From an uncultured Candidatus Saccharibacteria bacterium (GTDB lineage: Bacteria; Patescibacteriota; Andersenbacteria; UBA10190), in the NCBI GenBank assembly GCA_964450915.1, contig CAYVFG010000003.1, positions 3,217-67,216 on the forward strand: a DNA stretch of 64,000 bases, read 5' to 3'. The notes under the pieces are model-generated. The model had not been told where the DNA came from and made no database searches. It saw only the letters and a program-made list of their open reading frames with translations. How positions within the stretch are numbered: the stretch's first letter is position 1; each line of letters opens with the position of its first letter. The translations under genes were made by a program, and so were the position numbers. This document shows, piece after piece, positions 27,748 to 37,995 of the stretch.

Positions 27748-29061
27748 ATGGATAAACAAGTCAGCATGGACACTCTCGTGAACCTGGCAAAGCGCCGAGG
27801 GTTTATTTTTGCTGGGTCTGAAATATATGGAGGATTAGCAAACAGCTGGGATTATGGGCCTTTGGGAGTTGAGCTGAGAAATAATATCAAAAAATCGTGG
27901 TGGAAGAAGTTTGTGCAAAAGCGCCAAGATATTGTGGGGCTAGACTCTGCATTGATTATGAATCCGAAGGTATGGGAGGCATCCGGCCACGTGGCAACAT
28001 TTAGCGATCCTCTTATTGAGTGTAAGAATTGTCATGAACGATTTAGGGCGGATCAAGTCGACGTGAATGCGCCTTGCCAAAAGTGTGGAGAGAAAGATAC
28101 GTTTACGGAACCTGCTGCGTTTAATTTAATGCTCAAAACGTTTTTGGGGCCAAAAGAAGAAGCTGCTGCAAAGGCATACTTGCGCCCGGAAACAGCGCAG
28201 GCGATGTTCGTGGATTTTCCCCAGGTGCTTGCAAGTTCTCGTAAAAGAATTCCGTTTGGTATTGCGCAGATTGGTCGTGCATTTCGAAATGAAATTACTC
28301 CGGGAAATTTCATATTTCGACTTCGCGAGTTCGATATTATGGAGTTTGAATATTTTGTGCATCCGAATGATTGGGGAAAATATTTTGAATATTGGCTTGC
28401 GCAAATGCATGAATGGATTTCTGAATGTGGAATCGACTCTGCACGAGCTCATGAGCTTGAAGTCCCCGAAGAAGATCGTGCGCATTATTCTTCGCGTACG
28501 GTTGATATTGAATTTGATTTTCCGTTTGGAAAAAAAGAATTATACGGATTGGCGTACCGTGGCGATTTTGATTTGAAAAATCATAGTGAGCACTCTGGAA
28601 AAGATTTGTCGTATACGGACCCGGTGACAAACGAAAAATATATTCCACACGTAATTGAGCCTACGTTCGGATTAGATCGTACTATCCTTGCCGTGCTTGT
28701 GTCTGCGTACAAGGAAGAAGAAGTGGATGGGGAAATGCGAACGGTGTTGAGTCTGCCTGCGCACCTAGCTCCATATCAGGTCGCCGTATTGCCATTGATG
28801 AAAAAAGAAGAGCTTACGGATGAAGCAAGAAAGATTACGGAAGAATTGTCGAACTATATGGCTGTTGAATATGATGAAACGCAATCAATCGGAAAGCGAT
28901 ATCGCAGACAAGATGAAATCGGAACACCATTCTGCGTGACGATTGATTACGATACATTGGAAGATAATGCGGTTACTGTTCGCGATCGGGATACGATGAA
29001 GCAGGAGCGTGTTGCGATTACGGAACTGAAAAAATATCTCGTCGAAAAAATTTCCTTATAG
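27748..29061 (+). CDS. glyQS: Glycine--tRNA ligase (alpha2 type)
   Basis: LRPETAQ, FRNEITP, VIEPTFGLDR, IGKRYRRQDEIGTP. Confidence 0.97.
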   Translation: MDKQVSMDTLVNLAKRRGFIFAGSEIYGGLANSWDYGPLGVELRNNIKKSWWKKFVQKRQDIVGLDSALIMNPKVWEASGHVATFSDPLIECKNCHERFRADQVDVNAPCQKCGEKDTFTEPAAFNLMLKTFLGPKEEAAAKAYLRPETAQAMFVDFPQVLASSRKRIPFGIAQIGRAFRNEITPGNFIFRLREFDIMEFEYFVHPNDWGKYFEYWLAQMHEWISECGIDSARAHELEVPEEDRAHYSSRTVDIEFDFPFGKKELYGLAYRGDFDLKNHSEHSGKDLSYTDPVTNEKYIPHVIEPTFGLDRTILAVLVSAYKEEEVDGEMRTVLSLPAHLAPYQVAVLPLMKKEELTDEARKITEELSNYMAVEYDETQSIGKRYRRQDEIGTPFCVTIDYDTLEDNAVTVRDRDTMKQERVAITELKKYLVEKISL

Positions 29062-29170
29062 TTGACAGCTATGAATAAGGGCAGTATTTTGAGACTGCTC
29101 TATGAAGACATATAGAGGGATGGCGGAACGCCTATCCATGTTTGGTTCTTTAGGAATTGGGGGGTGTCGA

Positions 29171-29512
29171 ATGCCAGTAAAGCAAGAGAGTCTTTTCAAT
29201 CATGTTTTTTCTCAAATTTTTGAAGAGCCAAGCATCGACTTGAGTCGAATTCGGCCATGTGAGCAGCTTTTGTTTCTCACGATGGGGCTTGGGCGCGTTA
29301 TTGGGCAGCTTGAGTCCGAGGAGCGGGATGTATTTAGCTATCGTCTGGGGCTTGCCGATGATGGCGTCCATTCAGCAGGCGAGGTCGCAGTTCTTATGGG
29401 TATAGACGTCCAGGCTGTGGATGCGCACTATGCAAAAGGGTTGCGCAAAGTTCGCGCTCACCCAGATGTGCAGAGTATGCGGCCATTTGTGCGTCGAGCA
29501 ATTGTTACGTAG
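29171..29512 (+). CDS. Stand-alone sigma-70 region 4-like protein (start may be 29102)
   Basis: LESEERDVFSYRLGL.DD..HSAGEVA..MGI....AKGLRKVR; own promoter and terminator (29523-29560). Confidence 0.7.
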   Translation: MPVKQESLFNHVFSQIFEEPSIDLSRIRPCEQLLFLTMGLGRVIGQLESEERDVFSYRLGLADDGVHSAGEVAVLMGIDVQAVDAHYAKGLRKVRAHPDVQSMRPFVRRAIVT

Positions 29513-29593
29513 CGCAGCAAGGTCTGACGATTTTCTTGTAAGTCGTCAGCTTTTTTATTTGCCCTTGCTGTACAAAACACGTACACTGGTGAT

Positions 29594-30871
29594 ATGTCAA
29601 AATTTCCACTCATCAAAAAAACACTTCCTTCGGGATTAAGAACAATTATTTTACCCCGCCAAGAGATGGCATCTGCAACCATCATGGTATTGATCGGGGT
29701 TGGGTCCAGATATGAAACCCCGAAGCAGGGTGGATTATCCCACTTTTTAGAGCACATGTTTTTTAAAGGCACGACGAATCGCCCGACGACGAAAGAGATT
29801 TCAGAAGCAGTTGATAATATCGGCGGAGAATTCAACGCATTCACCAGCGAAGAATACACTGGGTATTATGTAAAAGTTGCATCTGAGTATTTGGAAAAGG
29901 GCGCTGAAGTCGTTGCGGATATTCTTTTGAACCCCTTATTTCCGGAAGAGGAAATCGAACGAGAGCGCGGTGTTATTCAAGAAGAAATTAAGATGTATAC
30001 GGATATGCCAATGCGCCATATTCAGCATTTGTGGAATTCCGCATTGTTTGGGGATACGCCGCTTGGGCGCCGTATTGACGGAACGCACGAGACAGTGAGC
30101 GCATTTAAGCGCAAAGATTTTCTTTCGTATGTAAAATCGCATTACCATACTGGTAATGCGATCGTTGTGGTTGCGGGCAATGTTGATCCGAAGAAAACGC
30201 AGAAGATGATTCAGGATATGTTTGCTCCGCTTGTTGATGGTGCGGAAACGAACCCAAAATCAGCTCCGAAGAAAATGCCCGCGAAAAAATTTGTGCATGA
30301 GTATAGAAAGACATTGGATCAAACGCACTTGATGGTAGGCGTTCCAGGTGTTTCTGAAAACGATCCTCGTAAATATGCGGCAGGGCTTTTGGCAGCAATC
30401 TTGGGCGGGGGCATGAGCAGCCGCTTGTTCCTCAGCGTTCGCGAACGAAACGGTTTGGCGTACATGGTGCGAACATCTTCCGATACGTATACGGATGCGG
30501 GAAGTTTTGTAACCCAATCTGGCGTTCGAACAGATAAGGCTCAGCAAGCGCTCAAGCTTATTTTGGAGGAATATGACAGAATAATGGAAGAGCCTGTTAC
30601 GAAAGAAGAGCTTGATAAAGTGAAGAAAATGGCTCGAGGAAGCTTGGTTCTTGATTTGGAAGAAACGAATGCTCTTGCGTTATTTTCCAGCATTCAGGAT
30701 TTAACGGAGCATACGATTAAGACGCCGGACCAGATTATGAAAGAAATTAATAAGGTTACGATTAGCGATATTCAGGATATCGCTCGTGAACTTCTTCGAA
30801 AAGACAAACGCACTGTTGCGCTGCTCGGTCCGCAGAAGTCTTCTGCGCCGTTTGAGAAATTGCTCAACTAA
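29594..30871 (+). CDS. M16 family zinc peptidase
   Basis: HFLEH inverted motif, NAFT, RERNGLAY. Confidence 0.93.
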   Translation: MSKFPLIKKTLPSGLRTIILPRQEMASATIMVLIGVGSRYETPKQGGLSHFLEHMFFKGTTNRPTTKEISEAVDNIGGEFNAFTSEEYTGYYVKVASEYLEKGAEVVADILLNPLFPEEEIERERGVIQEEIKMYTDMPMRHIQHLWNSALFGDTPLGRRIDGTHETVSAFKRKDFLSYVKSHYHTGNAIVVVAGNVDPKKTQKMIQDMFAPLVDGAETNPKSAPKKMPAKKFVHEYRKTLDQTHLMVGVPGVSENDPRKYAAGLLAAILGGGMSSRLFLSVRERNGLAYMVRTSSDTYTDAGSFVTQSGVRTDKAQQALKLILEEYDRIMEEPVTKEELDKVKKMARGSLVLDLEETNALALFSSIQDLTEHTIKTPDQIMKEINKVTISDIQDIARELLRKDKRTVALLGPQKSSAPFEKLLN

Positions 30872-30891
30872 TTGTATAATTAGGCAATACT

Positions 30892-31944
30892 ATGCCTATG
30901 ATACAAGGAAATAAACAGGTTATTGAAATATCTTCCGGAACAATTATTCGCGTCATGGTGTTCGCGGTGTTGCTTGCGTTGCTCTATATCATCAAGGACA
31001 TTCTTCTTATGCTTGTCGGGGCAATGGTGATCGCGTTTGCTATCGAGCCCCTTGCGAAGGCCCTGAGAAAATACAATATTCCGAGGGCTATTTCTGTCAT
31101 CGTGGTGTATTTGCTGTTTATAGGTCTTATAGCAATTGCGCTTCGCTTGGTATTGCCTGCATTAGCAGAGCAGACAACTCAAATTGCACAGCAAGTTCCG
31201 CAAATCGTAAGCGGGCTGGAGCGAACAGTGGGGACAATCCCAGGGTTTTCTCCTGAGACTATAGCCGTTCAGATCCAATCTGCCCTTACCAGTTTCGGAA
31301 ATAATCTCACGAACCTTACGACGCAGGTATTTTTGCAGACAAAATCAATATTCACCGGAGTATTTTCTCTGTTCTTCGTCCTCGTGATTGCATTTTATTT
31401 GGTAATTGAAGAGGATGCGTTAAAGAAACTGTTTCGTTATATTATTCCAAAACAGCACGTTGCGTATGCGGAGCTGATGATTGATAGGATTCAGACGAAA
31501 TTAGGAAGATGGGTGTTAGCTCAGCTGTTTTTGGGGATTATCGTCGGATGTGCGATCGGGTTGATATTTTGGGCAATCGGATTTAAGTATGCGCTTGCAC
31601 TCGGGGTTGTGGCCGCTATCTTAGAAGTATTCCCTGTGGTGGGGCCTATTATGTCCGCTCTATTCGGAACATTATTAGCTCTATCTCAGTCGTTCGTATT
31701 TGGCATTATCGCACTTATTATCTATATTATTGTTCAGCAGGTAGAAGGCCAAGTATTGGTGCCTAATATTATGCGCAAGGCGGTTGGGTTGAACCCTCTT
31801 GTAACCATCATCGCAGTTCTTTTGGGGGGAAGGCTTGCGGGTGTGCCGGGAATCATTCTCGCAGTACCTATCGCAACTATTTTTAGCATTATGCTAGGCG
31901 ACTTTTTCTCCACCTCAGCTGGTGATGATGAGCTAGCAGGGTAA
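30892..31944 (+). CDS. AI-2E family transporter
   Basis: Multi-TM; QQVEGQVLVP, G.ILAVP. Confidence 0.9.
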   Translation: MPMIQGNKQVIEISSGTIIRVMVFAVLLALLYIIKDILLMLVGAMVIAFAIEPLAKALRKYNIPRAISVIVVYLLFIGLIAIALRLVLPALAEQTTQIAQQVPQIVSGLERTVGTIPGFSPETIAVQIQSALTSFGNNLTNLTTQVFLQTKSIFTGVFSLFFVLVIAFYLVIEEDALKKLFRYIIPKQHVAYAELMIDRIQTKLGRWVLAQLFLGIIVGCAIGLIFWAIGFKYALALGVVAAILEVFPVVGPIMSALFGTLLALSQSFVFGIIALIIYIIVQQVEGQVLVPNIMRKAVGLNPLVTIIAVLLGGRLAGVPGIILAVPIATIFSIMLGDFFSTSAGDDELAG

Positions 31945-31970
31945 TATTATTATTAATCACACTTACTATT

Positions 31971-32498
31971 ATGAACTTATGGCACGACGTTTCGTTTGGA
32001 AAATCTCTTGATGAATTAAACCTTATTGTCGAGATTCCGACTGGTTCGCAAAACAAGTATGAGCTGGATAAAGATTATGGATTAATCAAGCTTGATCGCG
32101 TGTTGTACTCGCCATTGCATTACCCTGGTGATTACGGATTTATTCCGCAGACGCTTGGAGAAGATAACGATCCGTTGGATGGAATCGTAATGATGAATTT
32201 CCCGACATATCCTGGGACACTCATGACTGTGCGTCCTCTTGGAATGCTTCGCATGGTTGATCAGGGAGAGAACGATGAGAAGATTCTTTGCGTACCAGTA
32301 GATGATGTGCGTTTTGAAGGGGTTACAAAGCTTTCGGATGTAGCTCAGCCGGTGCTTGATGAAGTTGCTCACTTCTTTGCCGTCTATAAGCAGCTAGAGA
32401 AAAAAGAAGTTGTTATCAACGGATGGGCAGATTTGGACGAAACAAAGAAATGCATTCAGGCGGGGATTGATCGATACAACGAAAAGTTTCCTAAATAA
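31971..32498 (+). CDS. ppa: Inorganic pyrophosphatase (family I)
   Basis: KYELDK, YGFIPQT..D.DPLD. Confidence 0.96.
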   Translation: MNLWHDVSFGKSLDELNLIVEIPTGSQNKYELDKDYGLIKLDRVLYSPLHYPGDYGFIPQTLGEDNDPLDGIVMMNFPTYPGTLMTVRPLGMLRMVDQGENDEKILCVPVDDVRFEGVTKLSDVAQPVLDEVAHFFAVYKQLEKKEVVINGWADLDETKKCIQAGIDRYNEKFPK

Positions 32499-32943
32499 GA
32501 ATACGGGTAATTATAATCGCAAGTCCGCCTACAAGGATTTGCGATAGTAGGCCCTTTGGTACTGAATCTGTTTCGCGCTGAATTGCTTCGTGAAAACTAA
32601 AATACGCCTGAATAAATTTCGGAAAACGATTTTTCTGATGCTTTTTTGTCATGCTCCAGAACGCGTGCAAGGTATCCGGCATGTTGCCCCCTGCTATTGC
32701 TGCGAGTATCGATAGGGAAAATGCGGCGTTGCCAGCAATGAGATATGCTGCGCCGAGTCCCGATACAACGTCCAAGGCTACATAAGCATATGGATATGAT
32801 TTCATCTTATGCGGATAAATATTCCAATGGAGCATTCTGTCGCATAGAAAATGCATTATAAACGCAGCGCAGAAAGCAAGGATAGGATTTGGGAAAATAA
32901 TTCCTAGGGGAATGCTGATGATTGTATGAGTAATGGAAAGCAT
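32491..32943 (-). CDS. Membrane protein, YdjM-like putative metal-dependent hydrolase
   Basis: TH, HF.CD..H, PD..H and H..Q motifs in TM helices. Confidence 0.6.
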   Translation of the reverse strand: MLSITHTIISIPLGIIFPNPILAFCAAFIMHFLCDRMLHWNIYPHKMKSYPYAYVALDVVSGLGAAYLIAGNAAFSLSILAAIAGGNMPDTLHAFWSMTKKHQKNRFPKFIQAYFSFHEAIQRETDSVPKGLLSQILVGGLAIIITRILI

Positions 32944-32979
32944 ATTGCACAAGTATAACGCGCAACGTATGCTGTGGCT

Positions 32980-33768
32980 ATGTTTGACAGTCACGCGCAT
33001 ATAAACGACGCAGCATTCGACGAAGATCGAGATGCTCTGCTTACGAGCATGTTTGCATCCGGTGTTACTGGCTGGATTGAAGTTGGAACGAGTATTGAAG
33101 AAAGTAAAAAGGCCCTGTCGCTCGCGAGCGACAGGGCAGGCTCTGACCTGCAAATATTTGCATCCGTTGGCGTGCATCCGCATGAGTTACAACATATGCA
33201 AGATAGCGATTGGAGCAAGCTTTCCGAGCTTGCTGATAACTCGCTTTGCAAAGCTGTTGGCGAAGTGGGGTTGGATTTTTCCAGAGGAACTGATATCGAA
33301 TTTCAGGAAAAGATATTAAAAAGATTTATTGCGCTTGCTCAGCAAAAAAATCTCCCCATTATTTTCCATGTTCGAAGCGGAAATGATATAGATGCTCATG
33401 ATGAGCTTATTCGAATATTAAAAACATATACAAATAGCGATAGGCCCAAAGGCGTTATCCATACGTTTAGCGGGAATTTGCAACAGGCTCAAGAATATAT
33501 CTCACTTGGAATGTTGATTTCATTTTCCGGCGTTTTGACGTTTAAAAAGTCAGAAGGATTGCGAGGAATTGCCAAAACAATCCCGTTAGAATCTATTCTT
33601 ATTGAAACAGATTGCCCGTATTTAACCCCAGAACCGTTCCGAGGCAAGCGGAATGATCCATCGTATTGCAGGTTTGTCATACAAAGTATATCAGAATTAC
33701 GAGGTGTAGGATTTTCTGAGATAGAACAAAAAACGCACAACAACGCCAAGAAATTGTTTTCTATTTGA
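32980..33768 (+). CDS. tatD: TatD family hydrolase
   Basis: DSHAH, GVHP, GEVGLD, ETDCPYL. Confidence 0.95.
   Translation: MFDSHAHINDAAFDEDRDALLTSMFASGVTGWIEVGTSIEESKKALSLASDRAGSDLQIFASVGVHPHELQHMQDSDWSKLSELADNSLCKAVGEVGLDFSRGTDIEFQEKILKRFIALAQQKNLPIIFHVRSGNDIDAHDELIRILKTYTNSDRPKGVIHTFSGNLQQAQEYISLGMLISFSGVLTFKKSEGLRGIAKTIPLESILIETDCPYLTPEPFRGKRNDPSYCRFVIQSISELRGVGFSEIEQKTHNNAKKLFSI
33112..33137. repeat. Perfect 26-bp palindrome inside tatD
   Basis: GCCCTGTCGCTCGCGAGCGACAGGGC equals its own reverse complement. Confidence 0.85.
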
Positions 33769-33793
33769 CAATGACCAATAAAAGGCCTATAAT
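33765..33793 (+). promoter_or_regulatory. Consensus sigma-70 promoter
   Basis: TTGACA-17-TATAAT, exact consensus. Confidence 0.85.
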
Positions 33794-33895
33794 TGTCACA
33801 GTTCGTTGACAGTTTGGTGTATATAAATTTGGGGTCTGCGAGGCAAGGTACCTCGTGTTTGATAGTTTCTTTAGTGTTTGATCATGGAGTTGATC

Positions 33896-34114
33896 ATGTC
33901 GAGTTCAATTGAAGGCGGTCCTCTTCTTCGTTTTTTGCAGGAGAATTCTGTTGCCGCTACGCCACCGCGGGATCTCTGGGAAGAATTGGAGGCTTCTGGT
34001 CGACGCAGGAAAATTCCGAGGGAGGCAAGAAAGATCGGCGGATCAGAAAAGCCGCTTTCTCTGGAAGATCTTGGCAGGCCTTTCGTTGATTCACACGCTT
34101 GTGTGATTCTCTGA
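33896..34114 (+). CDS. Small hypothetical protein (72 aa)
   Basis: Consensus promoter, GGAG SD, terminator 34149-34188. Confidence 0.55.
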   Translation: MSSSIEGGPLLRFLQENSVAATPPRDLWEELEASGRRRKIPREARKIGGSEKPLSLEDLGRPFVDSHACVIL

Positions 34115-34205
34115 AAAGAAAGCATTTGTCCACGTACTACAACAGCAAGCCGTATTGAGTGATTTCACTTAGTACGGCGATTTTTTTTGGCAAACTTTTT
34201 TGCCA

Positions 34206-34233
34206 ACCCCGCGTAGCCTTGGCGAAGTGGGGT
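34206..34233. repeat. Intergenic REP-like hairpin
   Basis: Minus strand accccac-TTC-gccaaggc-TAC-gcggggt. Confidence 0.55.
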
Positions 34234-34278
34234 AGAAACACTATAGAGAATGCTAGTATTTCTCGATATACTTTCATT

Positions 34279-35565
34279 ATGTCACGAACAGAACGCAAAC
34301 AAGAAGCGTTGTATAAGCCCTTGGCCGCCATGATGCGACCGAAGAGTTTGGATGATTTTGTAGGGCATGCCGAGGTGCTCGGAAAGGGAAAGCCGTTACG
34401 AAAAGCCATTGAGCAGGGAAAGGTTGGGTCGCTGATTTTATGGGGGCCTCCTGGTGTTGGAAAAACGACATTGGCAGAGTTGATTGCGCGAAATATGGAT
34501 GCAGCAATTGAGCGGGTGAGTGCCGTTACTGCAGGGGTAAAAGATTTGCGCGACGTGCTTTCGCGTGCACGCGAGTGGCAGAAAATAAAAAAATCGACAG
34601 TCCTGATTGTAGACGAGATTCATCGATTCAATAAAAGCCAGCAAGATGTATTGTTGCCCGCCGTTGAAGAGGGGCTTGTGATCATGATCGGTGCAACAAC
34701 AGAAAATCCGTATTTCGAAGTGGTTTCAGCGCTTATTTCCCGCGCGCAAGTAGTTCGGCTGGAAATTCTTCAAGACAAAGATATTAAAAAAATTATTGCT
34801 CATGCGCTTGTGGAGTATCCGGCATTACATATTGAAAAAGATAGCCTTGATGCAATTGCTCAGCGATCCGGCGGCGATGCTCGGCGGGCATTGAATATTT
34901 TGGAGAGAATTATTGCAGCGAAAAAGAAGGGGGAAATTACTATAAAAGATATTCAAGCGGCAGCTCATGGGAGTGTGACGCATTATGATAAGGCGGGCGA
35001 TGTGCATTACGATACGATTTCAGCGTTTATTAAAAGCTTGCGAGGGTCGGATGTTGATGCGGCATTATTTTATTTATTTAGAATGATTGTAGCTGGAGAA
35101 GATCCGAAATTTATCATCAGAAGAATGTTTATATTTGCATCCGAAGATATCGGCAATGCTGATCCACATGCGTTAATGCTGGTAGCTGCAGCAAGCCAGG
35201 CTCTCATGTGGGTTGGCTTGCCCGAGGCGGAGTATAACTTGGCTCATACTGCATGCTACTTAGCCGCAGCTCCAAAGAGCAATTCTGTAACCCGGGCAAT
35301 GGGTGCAGTAAAACAAGACGTAGAAGTGCATGGCAACGATGCGCCACCGGGCAACGTTGTAAATGCTCCCATTGAAGATATGAAGCAACATGGTCGCGGA
35401 GTTGGGTATGAATATCCTCATAACTTTCCTGGGCATATCGTCAAGCAGCAATATCGGCCGAATTCCGTCCAGAACAATATCTATTACGAACCGGGCGATG
35501 AAGGGTTTGAAAAAGAGGTAAAGCGTCGCATAGAGGCAGCGCGGAAAGTTATATACGGGCAATAA
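34279..35565 (+). CDS. rarA: Replication-associated recombination protein A
   Basis: PLA..MRP, GPPGVGKTT, DEIHRF, SAFIKSLRGSD, EDIGNADP. Confidence 0.96.
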   Translation: MSRTERKQEALYKPLAAMMRPKSLDDFVGHAEVLGKGKPLRKAIEQGKVGSLILWGPPGVGKTTLAELIARNMDAAIERVSAVTAGVKDLRDVLSRAREWQKIKKSTVLIVDEIHRFNKSQQDVLLPAVEEGLVIMIGATTENPYFEVVSALISRAQVVRLEILQDKDIKKIIAHALVEYPALHIEKDSLDAIAQRSGGDARRALNILERIIAAKKKGEITIKDIQAAAHGSVTHYDKAGDVHYDTISAFIKSLRGSDVDAALFYLFRMIVAGEDPKFIIRRMFIFASEDIGNADPHALMLVAAASQALMWVGLPEAEYNLAHTACYLAAAPKSNSVTRAMGAVKQDVEVHGNDAPPGNVVNAPIEDMKQHGRGVGYEYPHNFPGHIVKQQYRPNSVQNNIYYEPGDEGFEKEVKRRIEAARKVIYGQ

Positions 35566-35586
35566 AAGTTGTGTATACTGCTATTT

Positions 35587-37980
35587 ATGGCAGATATTGC
35601 ATATAATCACGCAGAAATTGAGAAAAAGTGGCAACAGCGCTGGGCTGAGGAAGGGACGTTTACGACGCCTGAATTGCCCGGAGCGAAGAAAAGCTACGTT
35701 CTCGACATGTTTCCGTATCCGTCCGGAGATGGGCTTCATGTAGGTCATCCGAAGGGGTACATTGCCACGGACGTATTTTCCCGCATGCAGCGCATGCAAG
35801 GCTACGATGTGTTGCATCCGATGGGGTGGGATGCGTTTGGATTGCCGGCAGAAAACTATGCAATTAAAAACAAAGTGCATCCTCGTGTAGCCGTTGAAAA
35901 AAACATTGCTCGGTTTAAAGAACAATTACAGAATATCGGGTTTTCATATGATTGGAATCGAGAAATAAATACTACTGACCCGGAATATTATAAATGGACG
36001 CAGTGGATCTTTTTACAGTTATACAAAAAAGGATTGGCGTATGAAAGCTTCGAGCCGATCAATTGGTGCCCATCGTGCCAGACCGGTCTTGCAAACGAAG
36101 ATGTGGAGCAAGGCAAATGCGAGCGCTGCGGATCGGTTGTTGAAAAGCGCCCGATGCGCCAATGGACGCTTAAAATTACTGATTATGCAGAAAAAATGCT
36201 TGCTGGGTTGGAAGGGCTTCCATGGCCAAAATCTATTATTGAGTCGCAGAGGAATTGGATTGGAAAATCGGAAGGTGCAGAGATTGGTTTTACTGTTGAG
36301 TTTAAAAAAGAAGGTGCGAAGCCAGGCTTGATTCCCGTATTCACTACTCGACCAGATACTTTATTTGGTTGCACGTACTTTGTATTGTCCCCCGAGCATA
36401 TATGGGTGCAATTAGCGACTGATGATAAGCATGATGTGCTGGAAAATAAAGAAGAAGTGAGAAAATACATCATTCAAGCTGCGAAGAAAACGGAAATAGA
36501 TAGAACGGATGCTACGAAAGAAAAAACGGGAGTTGAATTAAAGGGTGTGTGGGCAATTAATCCCGCAACTGGAGAAAAAATTCCAATGTGGGTTGCAGAT
36601 TACGTATTAGCTGATTACGGAACAGGAGCTGTGATGGCGGTGCCGGCTCATGATGAGCGCGATTTTGCGTTCGCGAAAAAATATGAGTTGCCGATTAAGA
36701 ATGTTATTGATGATCGTGGCGTGTTGACTGACTCTGGGGAATTTACTGGAATAAATGCTGAAGAAGCGAAGAAAAAAATAACGGAGAAATTTGGAAAAAT
36801 AACAACGAATTATAAGCTTCGCGACTGGGTATTTTCTCGTCAGCGATATTGGGGAGAGCCGATCCCGATTATTCATTGCGAAGAAGACGGTATTGTTCCT
36901 GTACCCGAGGATCAATTGCCTGTCGTATTGCCTGAAGTTGAGCATTATGAACCTGCAGGAACGGGAGAATCGCCATTGGCTTTAATTACTGACTGGGTGA
37001 ATACAACATGTCCGAAGTGCGGAAAGCCTGCTAAGCGGGAAACGAACACTATGCCGCAGTGGGCAGGGTCAAGCTGGTATTACTTGCGATATATTGATCC
37101 GAAAAATTCGGAAGCGCTCGTTGATGCTCAAAAGGAAAAAGCATGGATGCCCGTTGATCTATACGTTGGCGGAGCTGAGCATGCAACAAGGCATTTAATT
37201 TATGCTCGCTTTTGGCATATCTTCTTATATGAATTGGGCGTTGTAAGTACTCCAGAGCCATTTACGCGATTAGAGCATGTTGGGTTAATTCTTGCTGAGG
37301 ATGGCAGGAAGATGAGCAAGCGCTTTGGAAACGTGGTGAATCCGGACGATATCGTGGCATCAGTAGGCGCTGACACGCTTCGCATTTATGAAATGTTCAT
37401 GGGGCCGTTTAACCAAACAGTTGCATGGAGCACGGCAAGCATGAGCGGACCGAGAAAGTTTATTGAGCGTGTGTGGCGTTTGGCGCAAGCAAGTATGGCT
37501 GAGGATCATCAAAATTCTGATGCAGTATTATTCGCAATCAATAAGGCAATTAAGAAGGTTACGGAAGATACGGCTGCATTCCGATTTAATACGGCAATTT
37601 CAACGCTTATGGAATGCTTAAATGTATTTGAAAAAGAAAGAGTGGTTTCCAAGCAAAGTCTTGAAAAGTTTATCTTGTTGCTTTCGCCGTATGCTCCGCA
37701 TGTGTGCGAAGAATTATGGGAACAGTTGGGGCATGCTGATGGTATTTCTAAAACACCATGGCCCGTTGCAGATGAGAATTATCTAGAAGAGCAAAACATT
37801 GTTATCCCTGTACAAGTAAACGGCAAAGTGCGTGCAGAAATTGCAGTAACGCGCGATGCTGCCCAAGCCGATGTTGAGAAATTGGCAATGGCGCAAGAAA
37901 ATGTAGGTAAGTTTATAGACGGGAAAGAAGTTCGAAAAATAATCTACGTGCCAAACAAATTGCTTAATATTGTGTGTTAA
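35587..37980 (+). CDS. leuS: Leucine--tRNA ligase
   Basis: MFPYPSG.GLHVGH, FTTRPDT, KMSKR, VQVNGK. Confidence 0.97.
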   Translation: MADIAYNHAEIEKKWQQRWAEEGTFTTPELPGAKKSYVLDMFPYPSGDGLHVGHPKGYIATDVFSRMQRMQGYDVLHPMGWDAFGLPAENYAIKNKVHPRVAVEKNIARFKEQLQNIGFSYDWNREINTTDPEYYKWTQWIFLQLYKKGLAYESFEPINWCPSCQTGLANEDVEQGKCERCGSVVEKRPMRQWTLKITDYAEKMLAGLEGLPWPKSIIESQRNWIGKSEGAEIGFTVEFKKEGAKPGLIPVFTTRPDTLFGCTYFVLSPEHIWVQLATDDKHDVLENKEEVRKYIIQAAKKTEIDRTDATKEKTGVELKGVWAINPATGEKIPMWVADYVLADYGTGAVMAVPAHDERDFAFAKKYELPIKNVIDDRGVLTDSGEFTGINAEEAKKKITEKFGKITTNYKLRDWVFSRQRYWGEPIPIIHCEEDGIVPVPEDQLPVVLPEVEHYEPAGTGESPLALITDWVNTTCPKCGKPAKRETNTMPQWAGSSWYYLRYIDPKNSEALVDAQKEKAWMPVDLYVGGAEHATRHLIYARFWHIFLYELGVVSTPEPFTRLEHVGLILAEDGRKMSKRFGNVVNPDDIVASVGADTLRIYEMFMGPFNQTVAWSTASMSGPRKFIERVWRLAQASMAEDHQNSDAVLFAINKAIKKVTEDTAAFRFNTAISTLMECLNVFEKERVVSKQSLEKFILLLSPYAPHVCEELWEQLGHADGISKTPWPVADENYLEEQNIVIPVQVNGKVRAEIAVTRDAAQADVEKLAMAQENVGKFIDGKEVRKIIYVPNKLLNIVC

Positions 37981-37995
37981 TATTCGGATGTATCT

